In this document: positions 60,419-64,000 of the stretch, piece by piece | How positions within the stretch are numbered: the first letter of the stretch is position 1 | Layout: each line of letters opens with the position of its first letter | Virus record (IMG/VR): IMGVR_UViG_3300049043_000112 | Location: 62,001 to 126,000 of that record | Direction: 5' to 3' (one strand) | DNA: 64,000 nucleotides | The notes under the pieces: model-generated | The model's database searches: none | Told to the model about the DNA's origin: nothing | The model's input: the letters and a program-made list of their open reading frames with translations, nothing else | Program-made: the position numbers and the translations under genes

Positions 60419-61326
60419 GAGTAAGTAGTAAGTCTCACCATTAATAACAACTGGTATTTTATGTGTAAATGAAGTAACTGCAACTTGTGTTGCACTTTCA
60501 GTTCCAAATCCACTAATTCTTATATCATTTCCAAAATAAAGTTCCCCAACAGAAACAGAGTTACTCATCGTACTCAATGCTGTTCCTACTTGCGTCCAGG
60601 GATTATTGTCACTCGAAAAGCTCTTGTATTACCAATGAAAATACCAGGAGACTTTGCATTTGCCAGTCCCGTCGAATCAATGTTCAACTTTGCTGGATCG
60701 TTAATTACTACTGAACCTTCATATCTTAAATCATCAGTTGTAGTTGTAGTGTCTTGATTAGATTTATATTTGCAATCAATCAAATAATTTGCAGTATCAT
60801 TATTTGATTGGACAGTATCAAATACACCAATTCCTGCACCAATAAATGAAAAGTTTTCAGTGTCTTGAATAATTGGTTGAATAAAATTAATTAGATTTTC
60901 TTGATAAACAGCATCTTTACGGATAAAATAAAAATTAGTTGTAGAAACAGAAGACACATTAATTGTATTTACACCAACAGATGCTGTTGAAGGATTTGTA
61001 GATAACTTAAATTGATTTGTTCCATTAGAATTACAAACATAATAATCAACACCAAAAAATAAAGTTGTTCCCGAACCAACTGTTACAGTTTTACTGACAC
61101 CTACAACGTCGTCATTAGTAAATACGAATTGATTTGCTGCTCCAAAATAAAAGAATCCACTAGAAAGACTGTTATAAGAAACTGTAGATATATTTCTTAG
61201 ATTATTTTGAATAATTCTAAGATCATTTGCAATACCAGCACCACCAAGATTATTCAGTGTTGTGGTATCATTTGTATTTTCTTGAAGATTTAAATCTTTT
61301 CTAAAACCTTGATTTTGTATTGCCAT
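60407..61326 (-). CDS. Virion structural protein (frameshift in a T-run near 60617)
   Basis: The 246-aa ORF continues as SSDNNPWTQVG..THKIPVVINGETYYLLLRT if one T is restored; its N-terminus resembles that of the 58262 gene. Confidence 0.65.
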
Positions 61327-61327
61327 T

Positions 61328-63743
61328 TTATTCGTATGTAATAGACCAACCTTTAAATCTTAAAAATTCAATTGTATCCAGAGCTGTGCCACTTGGAAGA
61401 GCATTACTACGCAAGTTAACTGTAACTCCACCACGTTTTACTGCATTATAATTCGTAAACAAATCTGCAATAATTGCATTTACTGCCTGTTGAGTTAAAA
61501 GATTTCCAGAAAGATCAAGATATCTAAGATTATAAATTTTTGAAAATGCACCAGGAGTATAACTAGATAATTTATTATTAAATAAAATTAAGTAATAAAG
61601 TCTTGGGCAGTCACCAAAATCTGGAATTGCACCAGATATTTGATTATTGTGAGCATAAAAATAAACCAGATTTGGTAAGTTTTGAAACTGTTGTAGAGAA
61701 GTAAACTGATTATTATAAAGATAAAGATAAGTTAAATTGGAAAGATTTTTATATGCTGGTACAGCACCACTAAAAGCATTATAACTTACATCGACATAAT
61801 AAATGTTTCTGTTTGCAGCAAAGTTAGGTACTGTTCCAGTAAAATTATTGTAATGAAGTACAAGATAAGTTAAACTTGGACAGGCAGCAAGACTTGGAAA
61901 ACTTCCTGTTGTTCTTCCATAGGAAATATACCAAAGATAATATAGACTTGGCGTATATGAAAATGCGTTTGGATGAATTGGTGTTGTTAGTAAGTTTCCA
62001 GATTGTATGAGGCAATATTGAAGATTCGGAGATAATTCAAAGGTTTTTTCTGGAATAACATAACTTGTATCACCACTAATATCTCCACCAGTCAGTGCAG
62101 TATATCTTAATTCAAGATATGATAAACTTGTATTTGTAAACTTTGGCATTGCACCAGTTAATGGTGATGCATAGAAATACAAAGTACTTAGTGAACTGCA
62201 ACCATTAAACTTATAAACATTACTGCCAGTAAAAATACTTCCAATATTTCTACAATAATAACCATAAAATGTAGTTAGAGATGTTCTAGTACTTAAATCG
62301 GGGCATGGTAATCCAGTGCTGTGAATGCTAACATATTGAATTTTAGTGTTAGATGAAGAGATACTAAAAGTTGGATCAGTCAGATAATAATTTCCACCTA
62401 AATCTAAAGAAACTAGATTTGTAAGGTCTTTTAAATTATAATTACTGCCACTTGTTGTTCCGAATGCTCTAAAATCATTTCCATAAACATTATAAGTTTC
62501 GCAGGTATTTGGAACATTTGGCAATGTACAATTAGCATCTGCATTATCTGGATGGAAATATGGTCCACTACTTCTAGATAAATTTAATGTGGTTAATGTT
62601 GTAAATCGGTTGCTAATTAGATTTTCTGGAATTGAACCATAAAAAGTTCCACCAAGAGTTAAATTCTTAAGTCCTGTAGGTATTTTTGTAACAATGTTTG
62701 AATTTAAACTTCTTTCAGTTGCAGTTTCACTTAAGTATAATGGATTTTGATTTAAAAATAAGTTTTGTATACTAGGAGCAACGAAAGTAAAATCTGGAAA
62801 ATTAACAAGACTATTACTTGCAAGATTAAAACTAGTTAAATTCTGAAACTTAACTGCAGGTATACTTGAAATATTTGCAGAATTAATTGTTACAGATGAA
62901 ATATTATCAGGATTATAATAATACTGAATATATCTTTCTTTTGAAACTGCAGAACGATAACGAATTGTTGTACCTTGATTTGGAAATCTTGTAAATGAAT
63001 TTGCGTTATCAGTATCTACAATTTTCCAACTTGCTGGAGTATTATTAATTAAAGAAGTAAGTTGAATATTTGCATCTAGGTTTCTAAAGAATCCTGTAAA
63101 TACGACAGGAATTCCTTTCATTGCATAAAGAGATATTGTTCTTCCATCAATATTACACATTATTTTATGTGTAGGAAATTCTGAAGCAAACTCTTTTGCT
63201 TGTGGTGTAAGTGTTGTTTGTAGTCTTGGACCACTTACACTTGGAGATTGTGTTCCAAACTGCAATAGTCCACCAGTAATAATTCCAACTCTTGCACCAT
63301 AAGAAATTGGTGAAGTGTCTAATACTGGAGAGGCACTTGAACTCCAAGCACTGACTCTTGATGTTGAAATGTCTGCGATTTTAACTGTAGCAGAAGGTCC
63401 AGTTCCATCAAGATAACGATAACGAATTGCATTACCACTTAATGCACCGTTTAAAGTTATGTTTCCAAATAAAGTTCTATTGGTTCCTGATTTTGAGTCT
63501 AAAATTGAAGAATATAACTGCGAGTCATAATAATAACAATCTAAAGTCTTATAAAGAGGATTTGATAATCTAGACAGACTAATCCAGTCACCTCTTGTTG
63601 CACCAGCATTTTGCGATCCTCTGATGATATCAAGAATCAAGTGGTGGAAGATTTAATGAATAAAGAGATGTTGTTCTATCTTGAACATCAGAAAGAAAAC
63701 TAGTAACGTTTAAACCAAATAACTTCGGATTGGAAAGTGCCAT
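61328..63743 (-). CDS. Large leucine-rich-repeat protein (likely true start 63743; 1-nt insertion near 63636)
   Basis: Many LxxLxLxxNxLxGxIP repeats (LTYLVLHYNNFTGTVP, LVYFYAHNNQISGAIP, LRYLDLSGNLL). The upstream frame gives MALSNPKLFGLNVTSFLSDVQD. Confidence 0.8.
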
Positions 63744-63744
63744 A

Positions 63745-64000
63745 CTAGATGGTCCTCATAATAAATGCAAGCGCATAGTATGGTGGACGGTTCTCGTGGT
63801 AATCATCTGCACCTGCTGAATTTGTAGAGTCTGGACCAATATCATTAGTTGTTGCAAGTGCATAACGACCACTTTGACTATTAACGTTATTGTTACCAGA
63901 ATATCTTGAAAGTTGGTGCGTGTGTGATGGCATCTCAGCAGTTGTTAGTTGGTGTGCAGTCTCGCCACCAGTGTTTCCAGGTGCATATGCTCCACTTACA
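63745..64000 (-). CDS. Tail-collar/baseplate-type protein, C-terminus only
   Basis: GGETAHQLTTAEMPSHTH..HENRPPYYALAFIMR is the classic tail-collar C-terminal signature. Confidence 0.75.
   Translation of the reverse strand, partial: VSGAYAPGNTGGETAHQLTTAEMPSHTHQLSRYSGNNNVNSQSGRYALATTNDIGPDSTNSAGADDYHENRPPYYALAFIMRTI

Noticed and set aside
58262-61326. Invertible tail-fibre segment (shufflon or Mu G-like)
   Set aside because: The genes converge, but no long inverted repeats or recombinase were seen.
1-64000. tRNA/rRNA genes, introns or a diversity-generating retroelement
   Set aside because: No cloverleaf or T-loop signatures, intron-interrupted genes, reverse transcriptase or TR/VR pair were recognised by eye.

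Overview
The window is a 64-kb segment of a T4-like cyanomyovirus (Kyanoviridae-type). It has five parts. (1) 1-15.9 kb: AT-rich, minus-strand late/structural block: baseplate gp25-gp6-gp7-gp8, plus speD, a glycosyltransferase-like gene and small conserved ORFs. (2) 16-35.5 kb: early/accessory region that opens with an abrupt GC-rich island of one-promoter-one-gene mini-cassettes. It carries an orphan HicA-like toxin, four of the seven free-standing endonucleases, a SprT-like protease, a three-gene restriction-modification-like module and a Dam-type methylase. (3) 36-41 kb: cp12, a divergent bilin reductase and a dTDP-glucose dehydratase. (4) 41-58 kb: dense small hypothetical ORFs, three GIY-YIG-type endonucleases and an SF2 helicase. 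(5) 58-64 kb: PA14-containing, LRR-containing and tail-collar-type virion genes. Two non-coding signals stand out. One is a 24-bp palindrome (TGTGCCA-N10-TGGCACA), found in about 26 copies at a fixed ~30 nt from sigma70 -10 boxes. The other is a nested stem/hairpin/late-promoter cis element upstream of four endonuclease genes from two unrelated families. Single-base indels and premature stops in essential genes show that the sequence is error-prone, so gene breaks should be treated with caution. No tRNA, rRNA or CRISPR array was seen. All counts and alignments were done by eye.
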